A stretch of 64,000 bases of DNA from Acidobacteriota bacterium (GCA_963663035.1 OY760074.1:2016001-2080000), one strand, 5' to 3'. Counted from the stretch's first letter, positions 28,714-39,688 are shown. Notes: a model not told the origin generated them from the letters alone. Translations and numbers: made by a program.

Positions 28714-30219
28714 ATGCCAAATGAAACTCTTCGAAAATACCCCCTGGCGCCGACGGTACGCCGGGAATTCCTCAAGAAGGCTTCGATGACAGCTCTTCTC
28801 CTGGGTTACCGCCCACAGAGTGTCCTGGGGCAGGCAGAGCCGACCTCGCTGGTGGTCCGAGGCGGGCTGATAGTGACCGCTGAACGGCAGTTTCCTGCTG
28901 ACATTCGCGTCCGCGGAGGAAAGATAGACCAGATCCGCCCCAATCTTCCTCCGCTGTCTTCCGGGACTGAGCGCGTGGTGGAGGCCGGCGGTATGCTGGT
29001 TCTTCCCGGAGGCATTGACCCGCACACTCACCTGCCTGGCGGTGCCGACGACCTCACCAGCGGCTCGGCAACGGCCCTGGCGGGTGGGATCACCACTATC
29101 GGAAATATGACCTTTCCGAGCACCGGGGAAGATGTGGTGGCCGCTGTCAACCGGGTTTCTTCACTGGTCGAGGAGCAGGCAATGGTCGACGTCATGTTGC
29201 ACCCGGGACTGCGCGCATTTGCTGACAGTGCACCCCGTCAGTTGGCGGATCAGTTTGCTGCCGGTCACACCAGCATGAAAGTGCAGATGCATCGGCCCAG
29301 CTTCGATCAGAAGGCGCTGGAGTTTCTCAACTTGATTCGAAGCACGGGTGAAGCGGGAGCGCTGACCATGATTCATTGCGAAGACTACGCAATCGTCAAC
29401 CAGGCCACGGACGCCCTGATGGCAGCCGGTCGAACTTCGGCTCTCTACTGGGGACAGAGCCGGCCTGTACTGGCCGAAGCCGTAGCGGTACAGCGGGCCG
29501 TAGCCATCAGCGAGCACACCGGTTCGCCCATCTATGTGGTTCATCTTTCATCGGGACGGGCTCTGGAGATCTGCCGGGAAGCTCGGGAAAGAGGCCTTCC
29601 CATTTACGTGGAAACCCGACCGACCTATTTGCATCTCACAGAAGATCTGTATGGCACACGGACTCCGGGCCTCTATATCGCCTCGCCGCCGCTGCGCTCC
29701 CCCCAGGACGTGGAGGCGATGTGGCGCGGACTGACGGACGGGCATATCGATACCCTGGGAAGCGATCATAGCGCCTTGATGCGCGCCGAAAAAGCGAACC
29801 CGGATTTGACTCTGAAGACACTCCGTCCAGGTTTCAGCAACCTGGAGGTGATGCTTCCGATGCTGCATTCAGACGGCGTGCTGACCGGAAGGATCTCGCT
29901 GGAGCGTTTCGTCGCCATCACTTCCACGCAGCCAGCACGTCTTTTTGGCCTTTTTCCGACAAAAGGCGTCATCGCAGAGGGCTCTGATGCCGACCTGGTA
30001 CTGTGGAATCCCGCTGAAACGCGGACCATCCATGCGGCCGACCTGCAGTCCCGCTGCGACTTTTCACCCTACGAGGGTCGCCAAATCACCGGCTGGCCTC
30101 AGATGACGATCCGACGCGGGGAAGTCGTCTATGAGAGAGGTCAGGTTTCTGCCCAGGCGGGCAGCGGGCGCATTCTGAGGCGCGGGCCAACTCAGCCTCT
30201 GACGGGAGTTTCCGGCTAG
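28714..30219 (+). CDS. Dihydropyrimidinase/hydantoinase-like cyclic amidohydrolase with Tat signal
   Basis: PGGIDPHTH, AGGITT, IHCED, YVVHLS, SPPLR and GSDH motifs; N-terminal VRREFLK. Confidence 0.85.
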   Translation: MPNETLRKYPLAPTVRREFLKKASMTALLLGYRPQSVLGQAEPTSLVVRGGLIVTAERQFPADIRVRGGKIDQIRPNLPPLSSGTERVVEAGGMLVLPGGIDPHTHLPGGADDLTSGSATALAGGITTIGNMTFPSTGEDVVAAVNRVSSLVEEQAMVDVMLHPGLRAFADSAPRQLADQFAAGHTSMKVQMHRPSFDQKALEFLNLIRSTGEAGALTMIHCEDYAIVNQATDALMAAGRTSALYWGQSRPVLAEAVAVQRAVAISEHTGSPIYVVHLSSGRALEICREARERGLPIYVETRPTYLHLTEDLYGTRTPGLYIASPPLRSPQDVEAMWRGLTDGHIDTLGSDHSALMRAEKANPDLTLKTLRPGFSNLEVMLPMLHSDGVLTGRISLERFVAITSTQPARLFGLFPTKGVIAEGSDADLVLWNPAETRTIHAADLQSRCDFSPYEGRQITGWPQMTIRRGEVVYERGQVSAQAGSGRILRRGPTQPLTGVSG

Positions 30220-30309
30220 CCTGGAGTATGAAAGAAAGTTAAAGCGAGTCGATTCGAAAGAGCCAGACCCGAGCGATGCAGATGAACTGAAGCTAGGGTG
30301 CCTCTAATC

Positions 30310-32769
30310 TTATCGGCCGGCCACGATTCTGCGAATGGTCACCTTATCCAAGGCAGGACTCTTCACCGGATCATTCCCCTGAACGACGGCTACAACGTCA
30401 CTGTCCGTAAAGAGCTTCCTGACATCTGGAGGAATCCCATCAGGCTCCGGTTCGCTTCCTATCTTTTCTACCATCTCAGGATGATCGGTCAGATAATCGG
30501 CCAGAACCGGCCATCTCAACTCCATGAGGGTCCACAACACCAACGGCTCTCTTTCAATGTCGCAGTCTCCCAGTAGAGCGATAGCTTTCCTCAACGCATA
30601 AGCATTGACAAATCTCTTCATGGCGCGAGGATTGGGTTCTAACAAATCGACAAAGGGCTGCAAAAGGTGCTCGGTTTCTTTCCGAGCAGCAGGTTTCATG
30701 ACTCGCTTGGCGGCAACCCCAAGCATGGCCTGCTTGACGAGCAGGTCACCTCGATACTCCCGAATCTTCCACATGAGCGCATCTTCGTCCTTCTCCTTGC
30801 CAATGATTCTTGCGGCTTCCTTCTCGGCACTACGAAGGGCAGCTTTGGCTGCTTTAGGGTTCTGGGACTCCCTGATTCGGAGGAGATGATCCCAATATTG
30901 TCTCTGGGTCGTAACCGCCATCTGCGGTACCGGAGCAGAGATTTGGAACATCTTTGCAAGGAATAAATCGGACAGAGAGCGTCCCACACCGCCGATCGAC
31001 CCCTTGTACTCTTGATATGAATGTTCATAACTTGCTCGGAGCCACTTCCGGTCCGCGGCAACGACAAACACGACGTTCGAGTCGTGAAAAAGGGTCTGAA
31101 TGCCCTGCAAGAGCTCTACAACATAGCTCCCATGGCAACGGTCAAGGTCGTCAATAAAAACGGCGAATGGCTGGCAGGCACCTTGAACCATCTTCCTGAA
31201 ATGCCGGACAATGACCGCCACGGGATCGCGGTGATGTTCCATAAAGATCTTTGCCGAGCGTCTTGACCCCATCAGTAGAAAGCGACCGAGCAGGACACCC
31301 AGACCCCAGAGCGTCATCAAGCCGGCCAGGGTCCTGAGTATGATCTCAGCACTTGTTCCCACGGCCATTCCCGTGGTGAACCAGATCGCCCAGAGAATCA
31401 GGGCTCCCATCAGAATGTGATGAGCCCGACCGGCTTGGAAGCGCCACAAGCGGTCGCTGATCATGAGCCGAAACGAGCGCCACAGGCTAATCTTTCTGAG
31501 TTCGCGGTGTCTTTTTCGGTAGATCGCGTTGAGCAGAGCCCACCAGGACGGGCCAATCTGCTGATGGCGCCAGGCGTTGAAATCAACCACCAGCCACTTT
31601 TTGCCCACCGCACCGGAACTCAGCTCCTGACGCAGGAAGTTGAGCACGGAAGTCTTTCCGGAACCCCAGGGTCCGTGGATCAACACCCCGAAAGCGTCCC
31701 CGGGCACCTCTTCAGTCCTGCCAGTGACAGTCCCTTTTGCTTTGCGCCTGGCCCAGACCTCGTGAATTCGTGCCGCCAGAATTTGGGCAAAGGGCCTTCC
31801 CCCCAGCTCGTCGATCTCCGTCGGGTCATCCGAGAGTGTGGGTACGGCGTCAGTGGGAGCTCCTGGCGATCTGCCCGGTTCCATGAACTCCTTTGGCTTG
31901 GCCGTTTCGGGGATTGGGGCCGGTGGGGGCTCTTCAGGTGGCTCGGCCGGCTCGCGGATTGGGGCAGCTGGGGGCTCTTCAGGTAGCTCGGCTGTCTCGC
32001 GGATTGGGGCAGCTGGGGGCTCTTCAGGTAGCTCGGCTGTCTCGCGGATTGGGGCAGCTGGGGGCTCTTCAGGTAGCTCGGCTGTCTCGCGGATTGGGGC
32101 AGCTGGGGGCTCTTCAGGTAGCTCCATCTTTTCAGGAGCTGGAGCAGGTGGGCTCTCCGCGACCAGTGCCAACCCAGCCGACAGGTCTTCCAGCGGCTGA
32201 GCGATCCTCTCTTGGGGGACCTCCAGATCATCCGAGCCCCTGGCACCCCCATCCAAGACCGCAACACTCAACTGCTGGGATGTAAGGTTTACCGCATCCG
32301 CTAACATGGTGCCCGTAAGATCTGCCTTCTTGAGGTTTGCTCCTCGCAGGTTTGCTCCCTTGACGCTCGCGTCCCTGAGCTCCGCCTGACTGAGGTTCGC
32401 ATTGGTCAGGTTGGCATCACTGAAATCCACCTGATTGAGCTTGGCCGTGCTCAGGTTTGCTCCCATGAGGTTTGCCCCCATGAGCCTGCCTCCCGTCAGG
32501 ATCGCCCCCTTGAGCTTTGCCTTGGTCAGATCGGCTTCGCTGAGGTTCGCTCCCATGAGGTTCCCATGGCTCAGGTCCGCCCCCTTCAGGTTGGCTCCCA
32601 TGAGATTCGCTTCGCTCAGATCCGTCGCACTCAGATTCATGCCATGGAGGTCCAGCTCCATGAGCTGCCCGTTGTAAAGGTTGGGACGCTCCTGGGGATT
32701 TTTCCTCCTCCACTTGTTCCAGGCCTTTGCGCCTTTCTGTAGGATCTCCAGATGTTTCGGCTTAGCCAT
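30310..32769 (-). CDS. Pentapeptide-repeat / Pro-rich linker / KAP-family P-loop NTPase fusion
   Basis: AxLxx repeats; GPWGSGKTS, FNAWRH, two TM helices, FIDDLDRC and NPRAMKRFVN motifs. Confidence 0.85.
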   Translation of the reverse strand: MAKPKHLEILQKGAKAWNKWRRKNPQERPNLYNGQLMELDLHGMNLSATDLSEANLMGANLKGADLSHGNLMGANLSEADLTKAKLKGAILTGGRLMGANLMGANLSTAKLNQVDFSDANLTNANLSQAELRDASVKGANLRGANLKKADLTGTMLADAVNLTSQQLSVAVLDGGARGSDDLEVPQERIAQPLEDLSAGLALVAESPPAPAPEKMELPEEPPAAPIRETAELPEEPPAAPIRETAELPEEPPAAPIRETAELPEEPPAAPIREPAEPPEEPPPAPIPETAKPKEFMEPGRSPGAPTDAVPTLSDDPTEIDELGGRPFAQILAARIHEVWARRKAKGTVTGRTEEVPGDAFGVLIHGPWGSGKTSVLNFLRQELSSGAVGKKWLVVDFNAWRHQQIGPSWWALLNAIYRKRHRELRKISLWRSFRLMISDRLWRFQAGRAHHILMGALILWAIWFTTGMAVGTSAEIILRTLAGLMTLWGLGVLLGRFLLMGSRRSAKIFMEHHRDPVAVIVRHFRKMVQGACQPFAVFIDDLDRCHGSYVVELLQGIQTLFHDSNVVFVVAADRKWLRASYEHSYQEYKGSIGGVGRSLSDLFLAKMFQISAPVPQMAVTTQRQYWDHLLRIRESQNPKAAKAALRSAEKEAARIIGKEKDEDALMWKIREYRGDLLVKQAMLGVAAKRVMKPAARKETEHLLQPFVDLLEPNPRAMKRFVNAYALRKAIALLGDCDIEREPLVLWTLMELRWPVLADYLTDHPEMVEKIGSEPEPDGIPPDVRKLFTDSDVVAVVQGNDPVKSPALDKVTIRRIVAGR
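31911..32124 (-). repeat. 42-bp tandem repeat, about 5 copies, encoding ELPEEPPAAPIRETA-type units
   Basis: Unit CGGATTGGGGCAGCTGGGGGCTCTTCAGGTAGCTCGGCTGTCTCG-like; central copies identical. Confidence 0.92.
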
Positions 32770-32971
32770 TAGTGGTTACCTCTTAAGGATTGCCCCAGCA
32801 AACCCACTCAATCCAGTGTCCTATAAATATTGATGGCCGTTCAAGCCGGACTCCCACAGCCTGGCACTTCTTCACTTCGAAGGCAGCGACCTTGAAGGCT
32901 CTCACCCTCCACGGTATACTCCCGCGAGAGCAAGGCCCGGGTGAAATGAATCAGTTTGCAAAGGAGGCACC

Positions 32972-33520
32972 ATGAGATCTTACGGAGCGAAGGAGCTGAG
33001 CAGAAGTTTCCAGACGGTCCGGAACAACACCATCACGCTTGCCGAAGAGATTCCGGAGGATCAGTACGACTTTCAAGCGGCTCCCGACACCCGAACTGTG
33101 TCACAGCTGCTGACCCACATCGCACTGGCCTTCCAATTCCAGCACCAAATCCATACTCTGGAGGGCCTGACAACTCTTGAGGGGTTTGACTTTCAGTCGG
33201 CCATGCAGCCTCTCAGATCTCAGGAGCAGCAGCCCAGAACCAGAGATGAGATCATCGAGCTGTTGCGGGACAACGGCCAGAAGTGGGCCGAATGGCTGGA
33301 AGGTCTATCCGAGGACTTCCTGGCAGAACGTGTGGGCATGCCGCAAGGTGTGACGCCCGCCGAAAAGAGCCGCTTTGAGATGATTCTTTCAGTCAAAGAG
33401 CACGAAATGCACCACCGGGGCCAGCTCATGTTGATTCAGCGAATGCTGGGCCTGGTGCCACACTTGACGCGCCAGATGCAGGCCCGCATGGCCCAAATGC
33501 AGGATGCCGACAAGGCTTAG
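32972..33520 (+). CDS. DinB-family protein
   Basis: RTVSQLLTHI and EHEMHHRGQL motifs. Confidence 0.88.
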   Translation: MRSYGAKELSRSFQTVRNNTITLAEEIPEDQYDFQAAPDTRTVSQLLTHIALAFQFQHQIHTLEGLTTLEGFDFQSAMQPLRSQEQQPRTRDEIIELLRDNGQKWAEWLEGLSEDFLAERVGMPQGVTPAEKSRFEMILSVKEHEMHHRGQLMLIQRMLGLVPHLTRQMQARMAQMQDADKA

Positions 33521-33538
33521 TGCTTAGTGATTAGTGCT

Positions 33539-34516
33539 TCACTCGAGCAGACCTGTCTCTTTGAAGTATCGTTCTGCCCCTTTGTGGAAGGGAAGAACGG
33601 GTCCAAGGACTGCCATTTCGCGGCTGAACTCTTCCATTGAGGGATGGATCGCCCGGACCTCATCCAAGTGCTCCAGTATTGCCTTGGCGATTTGATAAAC
33701 AAGCTCTTCGGGGGTGTCCTCGCGCACCAGTATGAGGCTGGAGGTAGCCAAGGTAGGGATATTCTCACTCAAACCGTAGACTTCCCCGGAGATGGCTGCA
33801 GATACGAAATAGGGATATTTCTCCGTAACCATCTTGGTGTATTCATCGCTCACCGGCAGCATTCGAAAGCTATGGGTTATGGCAAACTCCAGGAGAGAAG
33901 CAGCGGGTGGGGCCATATACAGTACCGCAGCGTCAACACGATGGTCCCCCAAGGCTTGCAGTGAATCCCGAAACGGCAAATAGATGGGGGTGAAATCCTC
34001 AAAGGATATTCCCATCTCTTGATACACCTCTTTTTGCCTGGGAATCGCCCCATGCCCGGGAGGACCCAACACGACCCTTTGTCCCGCTATGTCCTCCACG
34101 GACTTTAAGGGAGAATCTTCCAGCACGACCATCTGAAGATAGCCAAGCTGGAAGGTTGCTATGAGAGTGCGGAGGTTGCTAAAAGACTGCTTATAGGGAG
34201 GGTCTCCCTGGAAACCATTTAAGGCAGTGGCTGCGATGGAAAGCCCTATGTCGGCCTGTTGGGTTCCCAGAAGGCGTACGTTTTGAACTCCGCCCTCCGT
34301 AGACTCGACATTGACCTGAATACCGGGGACGTATCTGTTGATGATGTTCCCGATCACTCCACCGATGGGATGCCAGCTGCCTCCGCTTGGGCCCGAGGCA
34401 ATACTCAACACCGTTTCCCTCTGCCCACAGGTGGTCAAAGAAAGAATGGCAAACACTGCAACAATGATCCTGATAGCTGCTCTTGTCATCACTCTCACCT
34501 TCACTCGAACTGGCAA
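33539..34516 (-). CDS. TAXI-family TRAP transporter solute-binding subunit
   Basis: IASGPSGGSW, STEGGVQNV, LVYQIAKA and PFHKGAERYF motifs; true start probably a few codons downstream. Confidence 0.88.
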   Translation of the reverse strand: MPVRVKVRVMTRAAIRIIVAVFAILSLTTCGQRETVLSIASGPSGGSWHPIGGVIGNIINRYVPGIQVNVESTEGGVQNVRLLGTQQADIGLSIAATALNGFQGDPPYKQSFSNLRTLIATFQLGYLQMVVLEDSPLKSVEDIAGQRVVLGPPGHGAIPRQKEVYQEMGISFEDFTPIYLPFRDSLQALGDHRVDAAVLYMAPPAASLLEFAITHSFRMLPVSDEYTKMVTEKYPYFVSAAISGEVYGLSENIPTLATSSLILVREDTPEELVYQIAKAILEHLDEVRAIHPSMEEFSREMAVLGPVLPFHKGAERYFKETGLLE

Positions 34517-34826
34517 CTCTGACCAGCCTTTTCACTCATTATAGATGGAGTCACGCTGCATTCCCAACCTTTAATCTGTGCAGGAAAAAAGAGCTCCCCG
34601 ATTTCTCTGCCTGAAACTGCGGTTGCTGAAGGCCCAGGGCACTAGCCCGCACATGTTTTGGTGATCTCTATCACTGAAAAACTCATGGGATGTCACTAGA
34701 ATCTTCTAGAATAAAATAGAATGATGAAGTGTCGCAAGACGACAAGAGACTTAGTCAAGAGGTAAATTGGCCCTTATCGGGTGGTTAACTAAACATGGGA
34801 ATGGTTTTGAAAGGGGGATACGACGT

Positions 34827-35471
34827 ATGAATGGCAGAAAAATACTTGTCTTTGTCAATACCCTGGTTTTCTTAAGCCTTGCCACTCTATCCGCCCAAAA
34901 CACGGATTTTGAGGTCACAACTGCGCTTGTAACGACCAGGATCGAAAACCGGGTGCCAGAGACACAGACATCGGAAAACAGATTTCCTGCAACCGTGGAC
35001 AAGCTCATCTATTTCACACAGATCGAAGAGGCCGCAGCGCCCACCACAATCCTCCACGAATGGTACTGGGAAGGGGAATTGCTGGCCAGCATTCCACTAG
35101 CAATAGCCGCTGAGCGTTGGAGAACCTGGAGTTCAAAAACCATCATGCCCCACCAGACCGGGAACTGGACTGTCGTCTCGAAAAGGCCCGATGGTAGTAC
35201 AGCTCAAAACACTTCTTTCTCTATCGACAGCGATATGCGGACTGTCCAGCTGCACATTGAAAGTAATCCTGGTGACGCCATTGTGTATGAAGGCAGCACT
35301 ATCTTGGGAACTACGGGAACCGATGGTCTGAGCATCGTCTGGTTCTGGGAAGAGGGAGAATACACCCTGGATATTACCAAGCCTGGCTATCAGTCTGGGG
35401 CAATCAAGCTCACGGTTGAAGACCCTGTCACTCGCATCCAGGAAGTCGTCCAGCTGCAAGGAAGCCCGTAG
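34827..35471 (+). CDS. Secreted DUF2914-like + PEGA-domain protein
   Basis: HEWY...RWRTWSSK..GNWTV followed by IESNPGDA...Y.L.ITKPGY. Confidence 0.7.
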   Translation: MNGRKILVFVNTLVFLSLATLSAQNTDFEVTTALVTTRIENRVPETQTSENRFPATVDKLIYFTQIEEAAAPTTILHEWYWEGELLASIPLAIAAERWRTWSSKTIMPHQTGNWTVVSKRPDGSTAQNTSFSIDSDMRTVQLHIESNPGDAIVYEGSTILGTTGTDGLSIVWFWEEGEYTLDITKPGYQSGAIKLTVEDPVTRIQEVVQLQGSP

Positions 35472-35529
35472 CCTGACAAGTCCTGAAGGGCGCGGAGAAC
35501 GAAGAGATTGGCCTTCCTGGCCAACCGCC

Positions 35530-36330
35530 CTAGCCGGGACGGCGGAAGTCCAGCAAATACTCGAAAGTAACACCCATCGTGATGTAGTTGCTGGGCCAGC
35601 CAAAAATGCCGACGCGATTCACGATATTGGTGCGATCCCAGATGATGATGTTACGAAGCTCGTAGCCAACACTCTGGAGAGCCTCGATCAGCGCCACGTG
35701 GATTAGGATCCTTTTGTCCTCCCACCACATATCTGGCACATTGATGACACAGTGGGCCTTGGGACGCAGGAACGGCAACAGGTTTGCATAAATACTGGCC
35801 ATCCCAGCAGCGTACTTCTCCAGCGGAAGAAGGCCCAAATCACGTGAGTCCTGCGAATACTGTTCGACTCTCATGTACTGTTCATTTTTCCGATCTTTGG
35901 TCCGTCGGCTCTTGTTCTTTCGCCTCCGATTGAGAAGGTTTGCATAGGGCGGAGATGTGAGAATGAGCGAGAGGGTTTCTTCCTCTAAATAATGTGAGAC
36001 TTTCCGTGCATCTTCGTGAAAGGCAATCTGACGACACTTTCCGCGCAAGCTTTCTTGTCCCAATCTCTCAAGACAGAGATCAATGTAACTCTTCTGTAAG
36101 TCGAAGCCCACTGCATTTCTGTCAAGGTCCCGAGCCGCAACCATGGTGGTTCCCGATGCCACAAAGGGATCAAGCACCAGCTCTCCCTGGTGCGTAAAGA
36201 GCTCTATACATCTTTTAGCCAGGGAGATAGGAAAAACGGCTGGATGGAGTTTCTTGTCGCGAATGTCTCTTCCTTCGTAGTAGGACTGCCACACACCCAG
36301 CTGTGCTTTGAGCCACTCCTTTGCTGACAT
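35530..36330 (-). CDS. Orphan amino-DNA methyltransferase (probably N4-cytosine)
   Basis: HPAVFP and VLDPFVASGTT (motif I) precede TSPPY (motif IV); IIWD and FEYLL follow. Confidence 0.82.
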   Translation of the reverse strand: MSAKEWLKAQLGVWQSYYEGRDIRDKKLHPAVFPISLAKRCIELFTHQGELVLDPFVASGTTMVAARDLDRNAVGFDLQKSYIDLCLERLGQESLRGKCRQIAFHEDARKVSHYLEEETLSLILTSPPYANLLNRRRKNKSRRTKDRKNEQYMRVEQYSQDSRDLGLLPLEKYAAGMASIYANLLPFLRPKAHCVINVPDMWWEDKRILIHVALIEALQSVGYELRNIIIWDRTNIVNRVGIFGWPSNYITMGVTFEYLLDFRRPG

Positions 36331-36564
36331 GCAATTGAGGTGCTTGGGTGAACAGGAACAGATTCTCTGGCACGGGATGTCAGCTTGGGGGGGGGCGATT
36401 CTTCGACCTGGTTGCGGAAAGACGACTCATTTCATGCTCACAGCCAATCAAAATTATAACTTCTGGGTCCGTCAATCGTGCAGAGATCCATGTGTGCTAT
36501 TTTTTTGAGTTTTTGTGACGACCACCACCCCAAAACATACTTTTATTGGCTATCCTGTCTTCAG

Positions 36565-38421
36565 ATGCACAAAGAAAACATCGCCGGGAAGACCCTCGGC
36601 TCAGGACTCAGGCACCGCAAGGAGCACAGATCCTGGAGCTGGGCGACCATCTCCCAGGAACTCGAACGGGCAATGGGTCAGACAGCCCCCCCCAAGACCA
36701 GTGTCTTCGGATACTCCACTGGAGAAGTGGAGCGACCGAACGTGTTGGTGGAGCGATATATTCAGGAGGCAATCAATAGACGCAGGATCGACGCAGTTCA
36801 AGAGCCACCAAGCCGGAGTCAAATACACTTTAGCGAGCTGGTTGAAAATGCCAGGGACCTCATCTTCCGCTATCGTCTTGCACAGCCGCAAGGCTTTGAA
36901 TATATGAGCCCGGTGGTCCAGGAGATGCTGGGCTACACCCCAGAAGACTTCTACACCGACCCCAGCCTGATCCACAAGCTCATTCACCCCGAGGACCGGC
37001 AGAGGCTGGAGCAGTCTCTCCAGGGAAAAGGTCCATATCATGAGCGGGAGACTCTTCGATGGGTGCACAGGAACGGTGGGATGCTGTGGATTCAGTGGGT
37101 GAACGTGCCCATCTATGACGAATCCGGAAACCGAGTGGCCATTGAGTGCATCGCCCGCGACATCACTTCCCAGGTGGAGGCGGAAGCAACCGCCATCCAC
37201 TTAGCCGCCATTGTCAAGTCCTCCAACGATGCCATCATTAGCACTGCACCAGATGGCTCAATTGTCAGCTGGAATGCCGCCGCGGAGCGTCTCTTTGGCT
37301 ACACGGCCCAAGAGGTGATCGGACGCACCGCCGCGATCCTCCGGCCAGGGTACAAGGCGGGGCAGTATTCTGAGATTTTTGAGAGACTCATAAAAGGCGA
37401 ACGGTTAGAATATTCTGACACGGTAGGAGTTTGCAAAAGCGGCCGGCGAGTTCACCTCTCTGTAAACATCTCTCCCATCCGAAATAACCTAGGTCAGATC
37501 ATTGGGTTCTCCGCGATCGTCCGCGACATCATAGAGCGCAAGTGGGCCGAGGAAAAGAATCGGAAGAGCCAGGAACGCTACCAACAGCTGTTCGAGAACG
37601 CGCCAGATATGATGGCTGTGATTTCCTATCCGGACGGAGAGGTCCTGGAATGCAACCAAACTCTGGTGGATGAGGTTGGCCTGAACAAAGAAGAGATCGT
37701 GGGGCGCTCCTGGCTGAAACTGTATCCTTCCGATTCCCGAGAGACGGCCCAGGAAACGTTTACGACCTATGTCCAGACAGGCAAACTACCCTGGAAGGAG
37801 CGTACCCTCCTGCGAGCCGACGGAAGCACCTTTCCTGCTCTGGTACAGGTGATGCCGATCTCTGATGAAGCAGGCTCAATTGTGGCCACTCACGTTACCT
37901 GGCGAGACATCAGCGACCTGAAACAGACCCAACAGGCTCTAGAGCAAAAGGAAAGAGAGCTATTCGCGTCTCAAAAGATGGAAGCCATTGGAACCTTGGC
38001 CGGTGGCATTGCCCATGACTTCAACAACCTCCTGACCGGTATTCGAGGCTACGCACAATTACTGCAGGAGAAACTAGAGCCAGCCTCTCCTCAAAGCAAG
38101 GATGTCCTTGAGATACTGGCATGTTCTGATCGTGCTGCGGCCTTAACAGCTCACCTTTTGGCCTTCAGCCGAAGACAACTCTTCGACCCCGTAGTCCTCC
38201 ATCTCAACTCAGTGATCGAGAACACCTGCAAAATACTCAAACGGCTGATTGGAGAGGACATAAGCCTGAACTTCGTGGCTGCCACGAACCGAGACAATAT
38301 TCGAGCCGATCCGGGTTACATCGAGCAGGTACTGATGAATCTGACCATCAATGGACGCGACGCCATGCCCGATGGGGGCACACTCACCATCACAACTTCC
38401 CACGTGACGGTGAAGCAGAAC
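36565..38421 (+). pseudogene. PAS-PAS-PAS hybrid histidine kinase, 5' part, interrupted by IS3/IS1380
   Basis: Three PAS/PAC units, H-box GGIAHDFNNLLT and N-box EQVLMNLTINGRDAM; ends at the IS3 TGA. Confidence 0.9.
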
Positions 38422-39688
38422 TGACCTTGCCCCCTAAAACGAGTCCAGTTTGAATGTTAGGATTTCCGGTTTAGGAAGGAGGCAAGGATGGCAGGGAAGC
38501 GGTTTAGGGCAGAACAGATCATCATGAAGCTGCGTGAGGCAGAGGTGGGTCTGGCCCAAGGACAGAGGGTGGGACAGGTGTCGAAGCAGATGGGGGTGAG
38601 CGAGCAGACCTACTACCGGTGGCGCAAAGAGTACGGAGGGCTCCGGTTGGACCAGGCCAAGAGGTTGAAGGTGTTGGAGAAGGAGAATACCCGGTTGAAG
38701 AAGCTGGTGGCGGATCTGTCTTTGGACAAGCAGATCCTGAAGGAAGTGTCCTCGGGAAACTTCTAGGCCCGGCGAACAGGAGACGAGCGGTGATGTGGGT
38801 ACGAGAGCGATTAGGAGCAGAGCGAGTCTCCGAACGTCGGGCCTGCCAAGTGCTGGGACAGGTTCGATCGACCCAGCGAAGGGAAAGGCAAATTCCCGAT
38901 GATGAGGCCCGATTGGTGGCCCGGATGGTGGAGTTGGCTACGCAATACGGGCGTTATGGCTACCGGCGGGTCACGGCGATACTTCATGGGGAAGGGTGGA
39001 AGGTGAATCCTAAGCGGGTGGAGAGGCTGTGGAGACAAGAAGGGCTGAAAGTCCCGTCCAGACAGCCGAAACGAAGGAGGCTGTGGCTTAATGACGGTTC
39101 CTGTGTTCGGTTACGAGCGGCTCGCAAGAACCACGTCTGGAGCTATGATTTCGTGCATGAACGGACCCATGATGGGCGAGCCTTTCGGCTATTGACGATC
39201 CTGGATGAGTACACCAGAGAGTGCCTCGCCATTGATGTGAAACGGCAGATGAATCACCAAGACGTGTTGGACCGGCTGGCGGAGTTATTCGTTGATCGGG
39301 GAGTGCCTGAGTTTATCCGGTCCGATAACGGATCGGAGTTTACGGCACAGGCGGTCCGGGACTGGCTGCAGGCTGTTGGGGTAAGGACCTTGTACATCGA
39401 GCCGGGCAGCCCCTGGGAGAATGGGTACATTGAGAGTTTCAACGGGAAACTACGGGATGAGCTGCTGAACATGGAGATCTTCGACACGCTGGGGGAAGCC
39501 AAGGTGTTGGTAGAACGCTGGCGGAGGGATTACAATCAGATCCGGCCTCACAGCGCCTTGGCCTATCGGCCGCCGGCGCCAGAGGCCAAACTACCTAGGT
39601 CGCAGGCACTGGATCCAATCCCTTGGAGTGGACTTCAAATGGTCCCGGGTCTAGCATAGAGGGTGGACTCGTTCGTGGGGGCAGGTCA
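38422..39688 (+). mobile_element. IS3-family element, copy 2 (matches copy 1)
   Basis: Same 1267-bp length, IRs and OrfA/OrfB (38488-39659); no TSD. Confidence 0.95.

Noticed and set aside
31911-32124. 42-bp repeats as a CRISPR array
   Set aside because: The units are contiguous with no unique spacers, are in frame within a CDS, and no cas genes are present.
33539-34516. Solitary TAXI binding protein as a novel system
   Set aside because: Orphan solute-binding genes are common, and the permease may be encoded elsewhere.
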